The notes beneath the pieces are model-generated. The model ran no database searches and had not been told where the DNA came from. It saw nothing but the letters and a program-made list of their open reading frames with translations. Positions 1-10,505 of a DNA stretch of 64,000 bases are shown here, piece after piece. How positions within the stretch are numbered: the stretch's first letter is position 1; the number at the start of each line of letters is the position of its first letter. Made by a program: the position numbers and the translations under genes. The stretch is from a virus, in the UHGV virus genome UHGV-1351408; one strand, written 5' to 3'.

Positions 1-812
1 ATCACAGCTACTTTTCCAGCACCTTTAAGGCCGAAGTAGTTGTCTGCATTATCCCCAGCAACAGCCTGATAACACAAGAATTTAAAACCTACACCGACTG
101 TTTTTGCAGCTTTTGGCTTTGATTTAATAGGGCAATCCCAGATATCACCAACATTATTATCAGCAATAAAAATCAGTGGTGACTTTTCATAAGTCATATC
201 AATACAATAAGTCCCTTCAGCTTGTCGAAGGTCTTTGTCAATACTCATAAGAGCAGCCTTCTTACCCATCTTTTCAGCTTTAGCAATTACGATGGAATCG
301 GCTTCGAAGCCTCCCTTTAAGAGCTTGAACTCTGGCCTAGATAGGAGATATTCACGACAAGCAACTAAGTGTGTTGGTGTGACAGCATCTTTACGGTTAC
401 CTTGATATTGGTGCTCAAGACCTTTAATGTCTTTATGTTTATGTACACCCTTCTCTGTTAAATAACCTACCCAAGTTCTTTCTTTACCAACAACCTTAAG
501 CCATTCCTGAAGAACCTGCTGAGTAGCCATGATAGCTTCTTTTTCACTCTTAGCTTCTTTCCAAGTCTGTCTTTCCCATTCCTCTTCATCAAATGTTAGG
601 CCAAGTTCTTCCACGAGGATTCTCTGGTCTGCTAACCATCTTGCGGCATCTTTTGCATTATCAAATGGCTCAGATTCTTCTGCTGTAAGTTTATTCACAT
701 ATTTATACTTTGCCTTTTCAACTACACAAGCACCTTTATAGGCAATACTGTCAGAGTCAATAAAGACATGCGTAACTGAATCGGGGAGTTTTGTTAGTGT
801 GTACTTCTCCAT
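1..812 (-). CDS. 5'-3' exonuclease / flap endonuclease (T7 gp6-like); C-terminus runs off the window start
   Basis: Manual minus-strand translation from ATG at 812 (GGAGAG RBS upstream) stays open to position 1: MEKYTLTKLPDSVTHVFIDSDS... ending ...DNYFGLKGAGKVAVI, an H3TH-like G-x-x-G-x-G-K motif. Absent from ORF track because there is no stop inside the window. Confidence 0.55.
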   Translation of the reverse strand, partial: MEKYTLTKLPDSVTHVFIDSDSIAYKGACVVEKAKYKYVNKLTAEESEPFDNAKDAARWLADQRILVEELGLTFDEEEWERQTWKEAKSEKEAIMATQQVLQEWLKVVGKERTWVGYLTEKGVHKHKDIKGLEHQYQGNRKDAVTPTHLVACREYLLSRPEFKLLKGGFEADSIVIAKAEKMGKKAALMSIDKDLRQAEGTYCIDMTYEKSPLIFIADNNVGDIWDCPIKSKPKAAKTVGVGFKFLCYQAVAGDNADNYFGLKGAGKVAV

Positions 813-874
813 TGTGACTCTCCATATGAAAAAGCCCCATACTAAGTACAGGGCTTTAAAGTAACTTTTAGAGA

Positions 875-1732
875 TTAGTCTTCTGTATCGAAGTCTTCAT
901 CTTCTTCGTCATCTGGGTCTGGCAAGTCTTCATCGTCGCCGTCATCGGAATTATTCGAAGGTTTGTGGTCTGTTGCGTCTTCTTCAGTGATTTCACCATT
1001 ATCTTCAACGCCATCAAGACCAAGCATAGCCAGTTCGTCTTCATCCAGTTCAGGTTCACCGTTAGCACCGTTACCACCAGTGTAGGGTACAAGAGTATCA
1101 ATGATAAACTGTTCCTGAATAGGCTTTGTCAGAACATTGTTCTCAAAAGTGTAGAAGTGAGTAGAAAGAATCACACTACCAAAAGAACCGTTACCAACTG
1201 CAATGTCTGGATGAATTACATCATAGTTCTTGTCATCTTCATGTTTGTCAGATGCTTGAGCTTTGATTTTCTTCATCGGCTGTTTAACAGCTACACGCTT
1301 ACCATTTACTTCTTCAATCAGCATTACAGGGAATGACTGTTTAGCTGTCCACACAGCACCATCTTTATAAGCTGCTGCACGACTTACTTTCAAGATGTAG
1401 TAAGTGTCTGCTTCAAATGGTGGTTTGCAACCAAACTTCTCTTCGAAGTCATCTGCATCAACCGCTTCAGTAGTAACTTTATCCCAACCTTCTGGGTTTT
1501 TCTTAGACTTAGTGAACTCTTTAAACAGCTTGTTACCATCTTCTGCCAGAATTGAAACACTGTAGTTACAGTCTTTGCCTGGGAATTTCTTATCAATAGA
1601 TTTACCTTTCCCCGGACGTGGTGAAGTGTTCAGGTAATAAAACCAGACATCTTTCAGCAGGTAACGCAAAGTTTGACGTTCAGTACCGTTGTACTTCTCT
1701 ACCGGAGCTTTCATTTTAACAACTTTAGACAT
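875..1732 (-). CDS. hypothetical protein with strongly acidic C-terminal tail (possible ssDNA-binding protein)
   Basis: 285-aa ORF; C-terminus DDGDDEDLPDPDDEEDEDFDTED resembles the acidic tails of phage SSBs; sits between primase-helicase and exonuclease. Confidence 0.5.
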   Translation of the reverse strand: MSKVVKMKAPVEKYNGTERQTLRYLLKDVWFYYLNTSPRPGKGKSIDKKFPGKDCNYSVSILAEDGNKLFKEFTKSKKNPEGWDKVTTEAVDADDFEEKFGCKPPFEADTYYILKVSRAAAYKDGAVWTAKQSFPVMLIEEVNGKRVAVKQPMKKIKAQASDKHEDDKNYDVIHPDIAVGNGSFGSVILSTHFYTFENNVLTKPIQEQFIIDTLVPYTGGNGANGEPELDEDELAMLGLDGVEDNGEITEEDATDHKPSNNSDDGDDEDLPDPDDEEDEDFDTED

Positions 1733-1804
1733 TATTTAAACCTCTATCTCAATTTATGAAGAGTACCAATTCTAATTTGTTGATACTCTATTGTCAAACA
1801 TTAA

Positions 1805-1954
1805 TTACTGGAAGTTGTGCTTATCTTTAGAAGCTGCTTTACGTGCAGTTTTTCCAGTTCTTACACGCTTCTCTTCATAGTATTTCGCTGGTTTGCCAGC
1901 AGTGGCTTTTAAGGAATCCCCAAAAACTTTTTCAAATGCTTTAGAGTGTTTCAT
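1805..1954 (-). CDS. small basic hypothetical protein (49 aa)
   Basis: Manual ORF MKHSKAFEKVFGDSLKATAGKPAKYYEEKRVRTGKTARKAASKDKHNFQ; GGAGAA RBS; ATGA start/stop overlap with upstream gene; below ORF-track cutoff. Confidence 0.3.
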   Translation of the reverse strand: MKHSKAFEKVFGDSLKATAGKPAKYYEEKRVRTGKTARKAASKDKHNFQ

Positions 1955-2244
1955 GATATTCTCCGATATACTTGATATTCAAACACATTTTCTTTAATCA
2001 TAAACAGCCAACCAATATTATGTCGAGGTATAGTAATAGTGACTGTTATCATACTGTGATGGAACTTTTCTTCTACCTCAACGCCTCCATCACATTTCAT
2101 GTAGAGCATTCTATAGAACCTATCAACCTTTGTCAAACACTCTTCCTGAAATTCATTTAAACTTTTTTCTTCAAAGAAGGGTATGAACCCCTCTCTTTTA
2201 TAACTATCACTCAGTTTCAAACGGGCAGTCATCTGCATCCTCAC
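1951..2244 (-). CDS. hypothetical protein
   Basis: 97-aa ORF in operon orientation; start overlaps the 3' end of the primase-helicase gene. Confidence 0.4.
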   Translation of the reverse strand: MRMQMTARLKLSDSYKREGFIPFFEEKSLNEFQEECLTKVDRFYRMLYMKCDGGVEVEEKFHHSMITVTITIPRHNIGWLFMIKENVFEYQVYRRIS

Positions 2245-4198
2245 TTAATACAGGTGGAATCGTTGAGCTTTGACGCTGTTCTTCAGTATAGACTTCACCA
2301 GTCTCACGGTCAAACACTTCATCTTCATAATGAGGTAGAGAGTCATCATAATGGTCTTCAGCTTCACCAATACCAAACTGTTGACGAATATTTTCTGCTG
2401 CACCATCAATGTCAACACCACATCCAGAAGCTTTGATAAGACGTCCTGTGTCTGGATTGTACCAAGTATGACCAGCAATACCTGTTGACTTACCATGACG
2501 ACGACACTTAGTTAACTTGATTTTTGTCAAGTTTTTCTTAACAGGGTCTGGGTCAACCTTGTTACGCATTAACAGAATATTGTTCATGGAAATCTGGAAA
2601 TACGCACCAGAACCTTTAATGTCCTCTTCAGAGATATCTCCACCTTCAGAGTTAGCTTTCTGACCACCTGCACTCTTACGAACGTGACAGACGTTTACCT
2701 GTGCATACTGGTAGCGTTTGCAGCGACGTAATAGCTCAGACAAAACTTCCTCTTCATCTGTATCTGAACGTGACAGAGCCAACGTAATAGGGTCAAGAAT
2801 GATAATCTTACAGTCTAAACTATTAACAAGATAGTCAACAAACTCCAGCAGGTTATCTTGGTCAATTGCCCCTTGATGGTCAACGATATGGATGCGACGA
2901 CCTTTTGAAAGCTCGGCGTGTGCTCCCTTTAATTCATCCCAATCTCGTTCATCATAGGGAATCTCAGAAATCTGCTTGCTTAGGTGGATTGCACAGAGCA
3001 TCTCCATCAACTCTTCATAGGTATCTTCTACAGGAATTACACCGATATTATAATCAGTTTCTTTCCAAGCTGAATAAATCATCTCACGAGTGTAAGCTGA
3101 TTTACCTACTGAAGATGGGGCTGCAATAGTCGTAATCTCACCTAAACCGTAACCACCATAAGTCAGTCTGTTCAAATCCCCGAAAGATTCTGGGAAAGGA
3201 ATCAATGGAATCTGACCACGATTCTTCATTGCCTCAAAACCATCTGCAAAGTTCTTAATACCAGCAGGACAGTAACGAGGTGCATTGTAGATACGCTGCT
3301 TAAATCCTTCCAGAACTGTATCTTTTTCTTTATAGAACTTTGTCCACCACTCGTTAAGGTCTTTTACACCCTCTGGGTACTGGAATAAACGAACCTTCTC
3401 AATAGGTAGGATACCAGCAGCCTCTTTGGTAGCTTTAGCACCTGCTTCATCGTTATCAAAGCACAAGTAAATCTCATCAAATGATGTGATGTACTGATAG
3501 TTGTCTTTGATAGACTTAATGTTTGCACCTGATGGGACAGATACGTGACAGTAATTCTTACGACGAGACTTGTCCTTAATCGCAAGAGAAGTCATATAGA
3601 TTGCTGTCGCACATTCCATCTCACCTTCCCAGATGAATAGACGGTTACCACCTTCTGGAGCAATCCATGAACCGAACATTGCCAGTTCACCTTTAATGTC
3701 TCCAACACCACCTGAAAAGTCTTTTAACTTACCACGTAGGTGTTCTTTTGGATGGTCTTCTGGGTAACGGTGACGAACACGGTAGCCAACATGTTCTAGC
3801 TTACCATCTTCATTACGTTTGTAAGTCGGATAGAAATGTGCATCAATTTCACCGTCACTGTCAATGTCAACCTTGATACCTAGACGTTCAAGAACTTTTG
3901 CAGGAATCTTCCTGTCTTTCAAGTCCATTGCTTCTAGGTTTTCTTTTACATCGTCTAAATCCATTCCACGGAAAGTACGGTTTTTGTTATCTGAACCAGT
4001 AGAATAAGTGCTCACGATTTGTCCTTTATCAAAATCCCACTCTGGGAAACCTTTGTTACAGCTAAAGCAAGTCATCGAATAAGAATCATCGTCATGATGA
4101 TAGATTGAACCAGCATCTGATGAACCACAACGTGGACATGCACAATGACCAATAAACTGACCAGCCTCTTTCAATTTACGACCTTTAGACATTAGCAC
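2207..4198 (-). CDS. bifunctional DNA primase-helicase (T7 gp4-like)
   Basis: 663 aa; N-terminal Cys4 zinc ribbon (CPRCGSSD...CFSCNKG); C-terminal DnaB-type Walker A (APSSVGKSAY). Confidence 0.85.
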   Translation of the reverse strand: MLMSKGRKLKEAGQFIGHCACPRCGSSDAGSIYHHDDDSYSMTCFSCNKGFPEWDFDKGQIVSTYSTGSDNKNRTFRGMDLDDVKENLEAMDLKDRKIPAKVLERLGIKVDIDSDGEIDAHFYPTYKRNEDGKLEHVGYRVRHRYPEDHPKEHLRGKLKDFSGGVGDIKGELAMFGSWIAPEGGNRLFIWEGEMECATAIYMTSLAIKDKSRRKNYCHVSVPSGANIKSIKDNYQYITSFDEIYLCFDNDEAGAKATKEAAGILPIEKVRLFQYPEGVKDLNEWWTKFYKEKDTVLEGFKQRIYNAPRYCPAGIKNFADGFEAMKNRGQIPLIPFPESFGDLNRLTYGGYGLGEITTIAAPSSVGKSAYTREMIYSAWKETDYNIGVIPVEDTYEELMEMLCAIHLSKQISEIPYDERDWDELKGAHAELSKGRRIHIVDHQGAIDQDNLLEFVDYLVNSLDCKIIILDPITLALSRSDTDEEEVLSELLRRCKRYQYAQVNVCHVRKSAGGQKANSEGGDISEEDIKGSGAYFQISMNNILLMRNKVDPDPVKKNLTKIKLTKCRRHGKSTGIAGHTWYNPDTGRLIKASGCGVDIDGAAENIRQQFGIGEAEDHYDDSLPHYEDEVFDRETGEVYTEEQRQSSTIPPVLSEDADDCPFETE

Positions 4199-4385
4199 CT
4201 CTTCGTTGTAGTTCTGCCTTCAATCCATTTTCAATCTTGTCCAGTTCATGAATCTCATCTGCAATCTCTTTCCTTCGTGATTCAACTCTCTTAAGACGTT
4301 CAATCATTACCTCATTGGAAAGAGATGAGAGTTCCACTAAACGGTGGTCAATAACTTTAAAATTGTCTTTTACTCTCATCTTCAT
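4185..4385 (-). CDS. hypothetical protein
   Basis: 66-aa coiled-coil-like ORF upstream of the primase gene. Confidence 0.35.
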   Translation of the reverse strand: MKMRVKDNFKVIDHRLVELSSLSNEVMIERLKRVESRRKEIADEIHELDKIENGLKAELQRRGANV

Positions 4386-4393
4386 TCTCTCTT

Positions 4394-5137
4394 TTAAATC
4401 TTCAGGATAGCTCTTAGCTTGCTCTCAAGGTCTGCAAGAGTACCATTATTATGAATAATGTCACGCTCATATTTTGTAGAAATACCATTTTCTGAAACAT
4501 GTGATGAAACTTTGTCCACATTGTCTCTTTTTACTTCAATGGTTTGGTGTGCAAATCTACTCAGCCACTCAGCTTCAGAGTCAAATCTTAAATCACTGAT
4601 TAAAACAACACCTTCTTGATTTCTAAGTGAGCAAACATCAAAGAAATTTACCATTCGTTTTTCGAGGTCTTTAGCCCAGAACTTGTCACCCAGAACTTTA
4701 CGGATAACTTCAGTGCCCCAAATCTGTTGAATTTGTCTTGATGAGAATTTATACTTTTTACTAAATCCCAGACGTGTTAATAGAGTCGGTTTAGCAACCT
4801 TCTTCAGTTCCATAATTAATCGTCCGGTTAACTCTGACATGAGTTTGAAGTCCGTATGATAACGTTCACCTCTGAAGGTAAACTCCATAGCTTCTGTGAC
4901 CTTGAACATCAGTTCAGAGTATGATAAATCAAAAACCTGTGGAGTCTCTTTAGTTTCACCGTACAGGTCATTCCAAGTTAAGTCAAATATCCTTGATGCA
5001 GAGAGTTTAAGGTTGTCTGCATAGGCCATTACTGCAACATTGTAGCCATACTCATCTTCTAGGATATTCTTCACAATAGAACATGAGGTGTCTTTTCCAG
5101 AACGTGCCTTTCCAGTAAATGCGATAATATTACTCAT
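4394..5137 (-). CDS. deoxynucleoside monophosphate kinase (T4 gp1-like)
   Basis: N-terminal P-loop IIAFTGKARSGKDT matches the dNMP kinase signature RSGKDT. Confidence 0.6.
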   Translation of the reverse strand: MSNIIAFTGKARSGKDTSCSIVKNILEDEYGYNVAVMAYADNLKLSASRIFDLTWNDLYGETKETPQVFDLSYSELMFKVTEAMEFTFRGERYHTDFKLMSELTGRLIMELKKVAKPTLLTRLGFSKKYKFSSRQIQQIWGTEVIRKVLGDKFWAKDLEKRMVNFFDVCSLRNQEGVVLISDLRFDSEAEWLSRFAHQTIEVKRDNVDKVSSHVSENGISTKYERDIIHNNGTLADLESKLRAILKI

Positions 5138-5198
5138 TCTATCTCCCTTAATTACTAAAAAGCCCCCAACTAAGGAGGCTTGTAAGATTTATAAATGC

Positions 5199-6011
5199 TT
5201 AGTGAAGTTGTTCACTAGTAATTTGTGAGTGCTCTTTTTCAGCCATAGCTGAGACTTGCTTCACAAAATCGTCACCAAAGTGAATGCGAAGCTTCTCTTC
5301 AATGATTGAAGCACCAATGTTTACCAAAACATCATTGATTGCTTGCATACTGACACCACCAGTCATCTCCTCAACGAACTCAATGGTTACACCCAACATC
5401 TGAGCAAGTTGGATTAGTGCAACGATATTCATCATTGTAGAAATAGCTGGAATCATCAGAGCGACCTTCACCTGTAGTGGTTCTACATCAGCTACAGAAT
5501 CATCTTTCACAGCTTCTGCTAAAGACTCTTTAGTTTGCTGGATAATCTCTCTGATTCGTGGGGTTAACTCTTCTACACCCCAATCAAACTTTTCATATCG
5601 TGAAAGCTTCTCTTCCATGCGCTTCTCAAGAGCAGCCATAACAGCACTTGTTGATGCAATGATTGTATCAATAAGGGAATCATTATCCTGAGTCAGCAAC
5701 AGTTCTTTATTTTCGTCTGACATCCTGATATAGTCATTCTTTTGCATTTCATAAAAAATGAACTCAGCAAGTGCGTCAACACCAACAGCGATAGATGCCA
5801 GAGCTAGTGGAGTGTCTGTCAACATCATGTTAACCTGTTCTGCAAAAGCACCGTTATCAGACTTGTCTTTAGGCAAGTTATAGCTTGCAGGCATAAACCG
5901 TTCTGTGTAGTTGTTTCCACGAAGAATCATAGCCATGCTTTCTACGGCATTGATTAAGAATGCTTCGTCAATACCTTTTTCTTTAAGCATTTGGTCTACA
6001 GTAGTATTCAT
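5199..6011 (-). CDS. hypothetical protein
   Basis: 270-aa ORF. Confidence 0.5.
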   Translation of the reverse strand: MNTTVDQMLKEKGIDEAFLINAVESMAMILRGNNYTERFMPASYNLPKDKSDNGAFAEQVNMMLTDTPLALASIAVGVDALAEFIFYEMQKNDYIRMSDENKELLLTQDNDSLIDTIIASTSAVMAALEKRMEEKLSRYEKFDWGVEELTPRIREIIQQTKESLAEAVKDDSVADVEPLQVKVALMIPAISTMMNIVALIQLAQMLGVTIEFVEEMTGGVSMQAINDVLVNIGASIIEEKLRIHFGDDFVKQVSAMAEKEHSQITSEQLH

Positions 6012-6012
6012 A

Positions 6013-6435
6013 TTATTTCTCTCTCAGTTGGTTAAGTTTCTTTCTAGAGCATTTTAAGTTTTCTGATGAAGAAAAGTCAAGTGTCTTTTCAGAACGTGGA
6101 TAGTAATGTCTATCCCAAGAAGTTTCAACATCGTTAATCAGTGACGCTAGATTACACAGGTCTGTACCACTTTGCAACCTCTTTTTAAGAGAATCTAGTA
6201 AAGCAACTGTGTCTTTAGCTTTACGTCTCGCTGTAGCAACATCTTTCATATGCTCAAATACAGAGCATTTTAAGTCATCTTCATAGTTTTCAGACAACTC
6301 TATTTCATGTTGTATATCAACCATTCTCCTGTGATGGTGAGCATATTCCCGTTGAGCAGCAATGTCAAGTTCTTCCAACTTCTGCAAAGCCCTAACAAAG
6401 TCAGCTATGTCTGGGTGAACAAACATTTTCTGCAT
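6013..6435 (-). CDS. hypothetical protein
   Basis: 140-aa ORF; first gene of the minus-strand replication operon. Confidence 0.5.
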   Translation of the reverse strand: MQKMFVHPDIADFVRALQKLEELDIAAQREYAHHHRRMVDIQHEIELSENYEDDLKCSVFEHMKDVATARRKAKDTVALLDSLKKRLQSGTDLCNLASLINDVETSWDRHYYPRSEKTLDFSSSENLKCSRKKLNQLREK

Positions 6436-6610
6436 GTAAGCCTCTTTTAAGTAACTATTAAGTTTTAATCTTTTATCTTAACGTATTCTATACGTTATAC
6501 TTTAAAGCTTTTTAAAAGCTATTAAATAATCTTTTAAGAGTTTTAAAGTATCTGTATAGTTAAACTGTTAAGTAACCTTTTAAGTAAAAACCCACTTCGC
6601 AAAGATTAAC

Positions 6611-6633
6611 ACCTTGTCAAGTACATTGTCAAC
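6611..6633. promoter_or_regulatory. 23-bp motif ACCTTGTCAAGTACATTGTCAAC, two TTGTCAA half-sites 11 bp apart
   Basis: Near-identical copy at 48894-48916; both lie in divergent intergenic regions upstream of plus-strand gene blocks. Confidence 0.4.
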
Positions 6634-6692
6634 TTGCTTTTTATAATTTTTTGCAGTAATGTATGAGGTTAATGATTTTAGAGGGAGTAAAA

Positions 6693-9392
6693 ATGGAAAA
6701 CGTAGATTTTAAAAACTTACATTTAGTTGGTGATACAGAAACTGATGGTTTACTCCTTGAGTTCACTAAAGTGCACGTAATGGCTTTCGCAGACTATAAA
6801 TCTGACGATGAAGAGCCACCTGTATGGGTCTTTACAGATGAGCCTATCCTCGGTCACAAGTATACCAAGTACATTAAGGGTGGTTTGCGTGAAGGTATTG
6901 AGTTTGCGTTAAAGGCAAAACGACTTTGCATCCATAATGGTTTAGGGTATGACTGGTGGGTTTTCAATCACATTGCACCTGATTTGTGGAACTTTGATAA
7001 TCCAAAGTGTAAGCCGTGGAGTAATTTCTTTCAGGATTCTCTTATCCAGTCTCGTGTTCAGTGGATGGATAGACCAACTCCAAAAGGCTATAAAGGTGCT
7101 CATGGCTTGGCAGCATGGGGTGCTCGTGTTGGTGTCCGTAAACCAGAGATTGAACATTGGGGTGTGTGGAATGCAGAAATCTTCACTCGTGTTGTGGAAG
7201 ATATCCGTATTAACGCCAAAACTAAACGTGCATTGGATAATGAATATCTGAAGCTAAAGAAGTGTGGCATAGACACCTATGAAACCTACATGCGAGCTAA
7301 AGAAACATCTTTCTGGATGAGTCAACAAGCTATCAATGGTTGGAAAGCTGATAAAGAGCTTATGGAGTTCCATGTAAAGGAACTTGACAAATTGACTAAT
7401 GAGCTTGCTTCAGAAGTTGAACCACATCTTCCTCCAACTATTAAGACCAAAGGTAAAGTCACTGGAGAAGAGTTTGCAAAAGCTTGGAATGAGTATGTTG
7501 AAGCATTTGGTCATGCAGATGGACTGAAGAGAATTACCAAGTACCCTAAGACAAAGTATCGTCAACAGGTACGTAACGGTGAGATGCAGACATATGAAAT
7601 CAAGCCATTTGGTAAGCCAACTACAAAGATTTTTAACATTGAAAAGAGAAATTGCTATACACCAACCAACTCTGTAACTGGTGAAGAGTACAAGGAAGGT
7701 TTTGTAGCAATGAAGGATGCTCGTGCAATTTGCAATGAGTTGAACGCAAAGATTGGTAAGAAATGCAAAGACTGGAAGCCAGTAAAAACAGTTAAAACTG
7801 TGAAGTACTATAACAGTCATGTTGTTAACCACTTTGAACTTGAGTCAAGTCGCTACACAGGTTTGATTGATGCACCATATACACCAATTGAGTTCGAAGT
7901 TTCTCGTATGACTCAGGTAGCAGTTGTTAAAGACTACTTGAAATCAGTTGGTTGGATTCCAGATGACTGGAACTACAAGAAAGATTCAGATGGTCGTCCT
8001 GTTAAGGTTTGTCGCTTCAAAGACAACAAAAAGATGATTACAAAGCATCCTAAATGGCAGGAGATGGTTGAACGGTGCGGCTTGAGTTATGTTGAACATG
8101 AAGGTGTCCAGTACATTGAACATAACTGGTCTGTGAAGAAGTACACAGATTTGCTTGAACCTTGTTTAATCCGTACTTCACCAAAACTTACTGAATCATC
8201 TTATGATACGATTGAAGGTGAGCTTGGACAGAAGATTGCTAAGTACTATACTTTGATGCACCGACGCAGAACTATTGAGAACTCAAAGGATGATGAAAAA
8301 GGTTGGTTGAACCAGATTCGTCCAGATGGTCGCCTTAGTGCTGGCGCAATGGTGTTTGGTACTTCAACTGGACGTATGACACAATATGGTATTGTAAACG
8401 TACCGTCTGGTGCTGCTGTCTATGGGGAACCAATGAGGGCAGTGTGGATTTGTGAAGAAGGTACTAACGTTGTCTCTGTAGACATGAACTCAGCCCAGCT
8501 AGTTCTTCTTTGCAACTTTATGGGTGACAAAGACTTCACCAAAGCGGTAACGCAAGGTAAAGAAGAGATTGAGTTTATTCGTCAAGAAGATGGACGCTAT
8601 TACTGCAAACACTTTGATGAGTACCTCAACCCAGAGATTGATAAGTACCTGCGCTATGACTCTGAGAATGACCTGTACGTTGTCTATTCAGGGACTGATG
8701 CACATACACTGAACAGTATTTACTTTAGCTTGAATGATGAGCAGGATATCTTGACTTGTCGTGCAACGCAGGATGAGAATCTTCTTCATGAGATTAGTAA
8801 AGGTCGTAAGAAAGCTAAGAATGGTATCTATGCACTGCTGTTTGGTGCAGGTGATGAGAAGTTTGCTAAAACTATTAAGGCAGCCACTACTCAGGAAGGT
8901 GCATTAACTAAACAGACTTACTTTGTGCGTTTGCCAAAGATTAAGAAATTATTAGATAACTTGGAAGCTGACTACAAAGCAACTAAAAAGGCACTTGAAG
9001 AGGTGTTTGGTAAGACTGCTGCAATCTCTAAAGGGGGTTTTGTAAAGGTTGCTGGAGCTTGGTTGTGGTGTAAATCTCCACATAAGTTATTGAATTATTT
9101 GCTCATGGGTTCGGAGGCTCAGATTCAAAATGAGGCAATTAACCTGGCTTGTCGTCGTATGATTGACGAAGGCTTGATGAAGTTGAATGGTCGTAAACCA
9201 GCTATTGGTGCTCGCTTACTCTGCGCATATCACGATGAAACGAGTTGGGAATGCCCAGAAAGTATGACGGCAGAGGTGAAAGCAGTCACTGACTGGTATT
9301 ATGGGCAAGCTTCTAAGAACTTAGGTCTTAAGAAAGAAACACTTGTAACAGGTACTGGTAAGGTTGGTAAAAGCTGGCTTGAGGTTCACTAA
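6693..9392 (+). CDS. DNA polymerase, family A (T7 gp5-like)
   Basis: ORF 6663-9392; start placed at MENVDF after GAGGGAG RBS; N-terminal exonuclease motif VGDTETDGL; C-terminal CAYHDE motif C. Confidence 0.85.
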   Translation: MENVDFKNLHLVGDTETDGLLLEFTKVHVMAFADYKSDDEEPPVWVFTDEPILGHKYTKYIKGGLREGIEFALKAKRLCIHNGLGYDWWVFNHIAPDLWNFDNPKCKPWSNFFQDSLIQSRVQWMDRPTPKGYKGAHGLAAWGARVGVRKPEIEHWGVWNAEIFTRVVEDIRINAKTKRALDNEYLKLKKCGIDTYETYMRAKETSFWMSQQAINGWKADKELMEFHVKELDKLTNELASEVEPHLPPTIKTKGKVTGEEFAKAWNEYVEAFGHADGLKRITKYPKTKYRQQVRNGEMQTYEIKPFGKPTTKIFNIEKRNCYTPTNSVTGEEYKEGFVAMKDARAICNELNAKIGKKCKDWKPVKTVKTVKYYNSHVVNHFELESSRYTGLIDAPYTPIEFEVSRMTQVAVVKDYLKSVGWIPDDWNYKKDSDGRPVKVCRFKDNKKMITKHPKWQEMVERCGLSYVEHEGVQYIEHNWSVKKYTDLLEPCLIRTSPKLTESSYDTIEGELGQKIAKYYTLMHRRRTIENSKDDEKGWLNQIRPDGRLSAGAMVFGTSTGRMTQYGIVNVPSGAAVYGEPMRAVWICEEGTNVVSVDMNSAQLVLLCNFMGDKDFTKAVTQGKEEIEFIRQEDGRYYCKHFDEYLNPEIDKYLRYDSENDLYVVYSGTDAHTLNSIYFSLNDEQDILTCRATQDENLLHEISKGRKKAKNGIYALLFGAGDEKFAKTIKAATTQEGALTKQTYFVRLPKIKKLLDNLEADYKATKKALEEVFGKTAAISKGGFVKVAGAWLWCKSPHKLLNYLLMGSEAQIQNEAINLACRRMIDEGLMKLNGRKPAIGARLLCAYHDETSWECPESMTAEVKAVTDWYYGQASKNLGLKKETLVTGTGKVGKSWLEVH

Positions 9393-9453
9393 TTAGTGTT
9401 GACAAGGTGCTCAGGGAAGAGTACCTTATACTGTATCTTGTATAGGAGGGCTT

Positions 9454-9663
9454 ATGAGCCACCGTGGAAGAACCCATGCAGCGATGATGAAAGGTGCTTC
9501 AAAGGAAACTATCAAGAACCGTAAGCAGAAGTTGTTTGAGAGAATGAACAGGTTGATTGACAATTCATCTCTTTCAGGTTCTGAGAAGGTTTTCTTGAAA
9601 GGTAATCTGAAAAGCATTGCACAAGAACTTATTGACATTGAGTATTGGAGACACCAAAAATGA
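9454..9663 (+). CDS. hypothetical protein
   Basis: 69 aa; AGGAGGG RBS. Confidence 0.45.
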   Translation: MSHRGRTHAAMMKGASKETIKNRKQKLFERMNRLIDNSSLSGSEKVFLKGNLKSIAQELIDIEYWRHQK

Positions 9664-9872
9664 CACTTGCAGACGTTATTCAGCAACTTCACGACAATTG
9701 CTATACTCCAGAGTTGATTCAGGAGATGCTTATTGTAGTGATGCCTAGTAAGTTCGTAAAAGGTTTTAATAGTGAATCTTTAAAGTCTGCACATATCCTT
9801 ATTGTTGACGGTAAGATTGCAAGAGACCGCACAGGAGTCCTTAAAGGTGAACGTATTAGTATTAACCTCTGA
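9660..9872 (+). CDS. hypothetical protein
   Basis: ORF 9645-9872; start at MTLADV after GGAGA RBS. Confidence 0.4.
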   Translation: MTLADVIQQLHDNCYTPELIQEMLIVVMPSKFVKGFNSESLKSAHILIVDGKIARDRTGVLKGERISINL

Positions 9873-9888
9873 ATATTGTGGATACCAA

Positions 9889-10044
9889 AATGAAACGTAA
9901 AGTAAAATTCTTCAGTTTATATGGAAGAGTCGGTAAAGGTTTTGATTGGCAACTTCTACGTTCAGATGTTAAAAGCAATGAGTTAGCACAGCTCATCATA
10001 AACTACAGACGAACGTACAGAGAGGTAGAACATCGTGAACAGTA
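9889..10044 (+). CDS. small hypothetical protein (51 aa)
   Basis: Manual ORF MKRKVKFFSLYGRVGKGFDWQ...; below ORF-track cutoff. Confidence 0.25.
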
Positions 10045-10289
10045 AAATTGAAAAGTCTGATGAAGTTATCAGAAGCAAAGACAAAGCTACAGCCCTAATC
10101 GCTGACGCTTGGAGCAGAGGCTTAGATTACGAATGGTATCTTAGTGTATGTCAAGAGTTATCAGTCTCCCCAGTATCAAAAGAAACTTTCGATAAACTCT
10201 ACGCAGTTTGTCAAGAGGGATACAATGAAGCCATGCTTCAAAACTGCATGAGTTTAACCAACCCAAAAGCATCTGACTTATTCTTTTAA
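10035..10289 (+). CDS. hypothetical protein
   Basis: 84 aa, GTG start. Confidence 0.4.
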   Translation: MNSKIEKSDEVIRSKDKATALIADAWSRGLDYEWYLSVCQELSVSPVSKETFDKLYAVCQEGYNEAMLQNCMSLTNPKASDLFF

Positions 10290-10298
10290 GGTGAAGAT

Positions 10299-10505
10299 AT
10301 GCAAGTTCTAGTAAACTACATCTACTGTTATGATACTGTTCACTCCACTACAACGGTAGCCCAACGTAACCCAATCGTCCCACGGGAAGGTGAGTTGGTT
10401 AGAATCGAGGGTTGGACTTACACTGTGGAAAGCATCACCCATAAGTTTGATGTTGCTGGTGATGTTCAAGTTATTGACGTAGAAATTGGTGGTAAGAGAA
10501 AATGA
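10299..10505 (+). CDS. hypothetical protein
   Basis: 68 aa; AAGGTGA RBS. Confidence 0.45.
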   Translation: MQVLVNYIYCYDTVHSTTTVAQRNPIVPREGELVRIEGWTYTVESITHKFDVAGDVQVIDVEIGGKRK

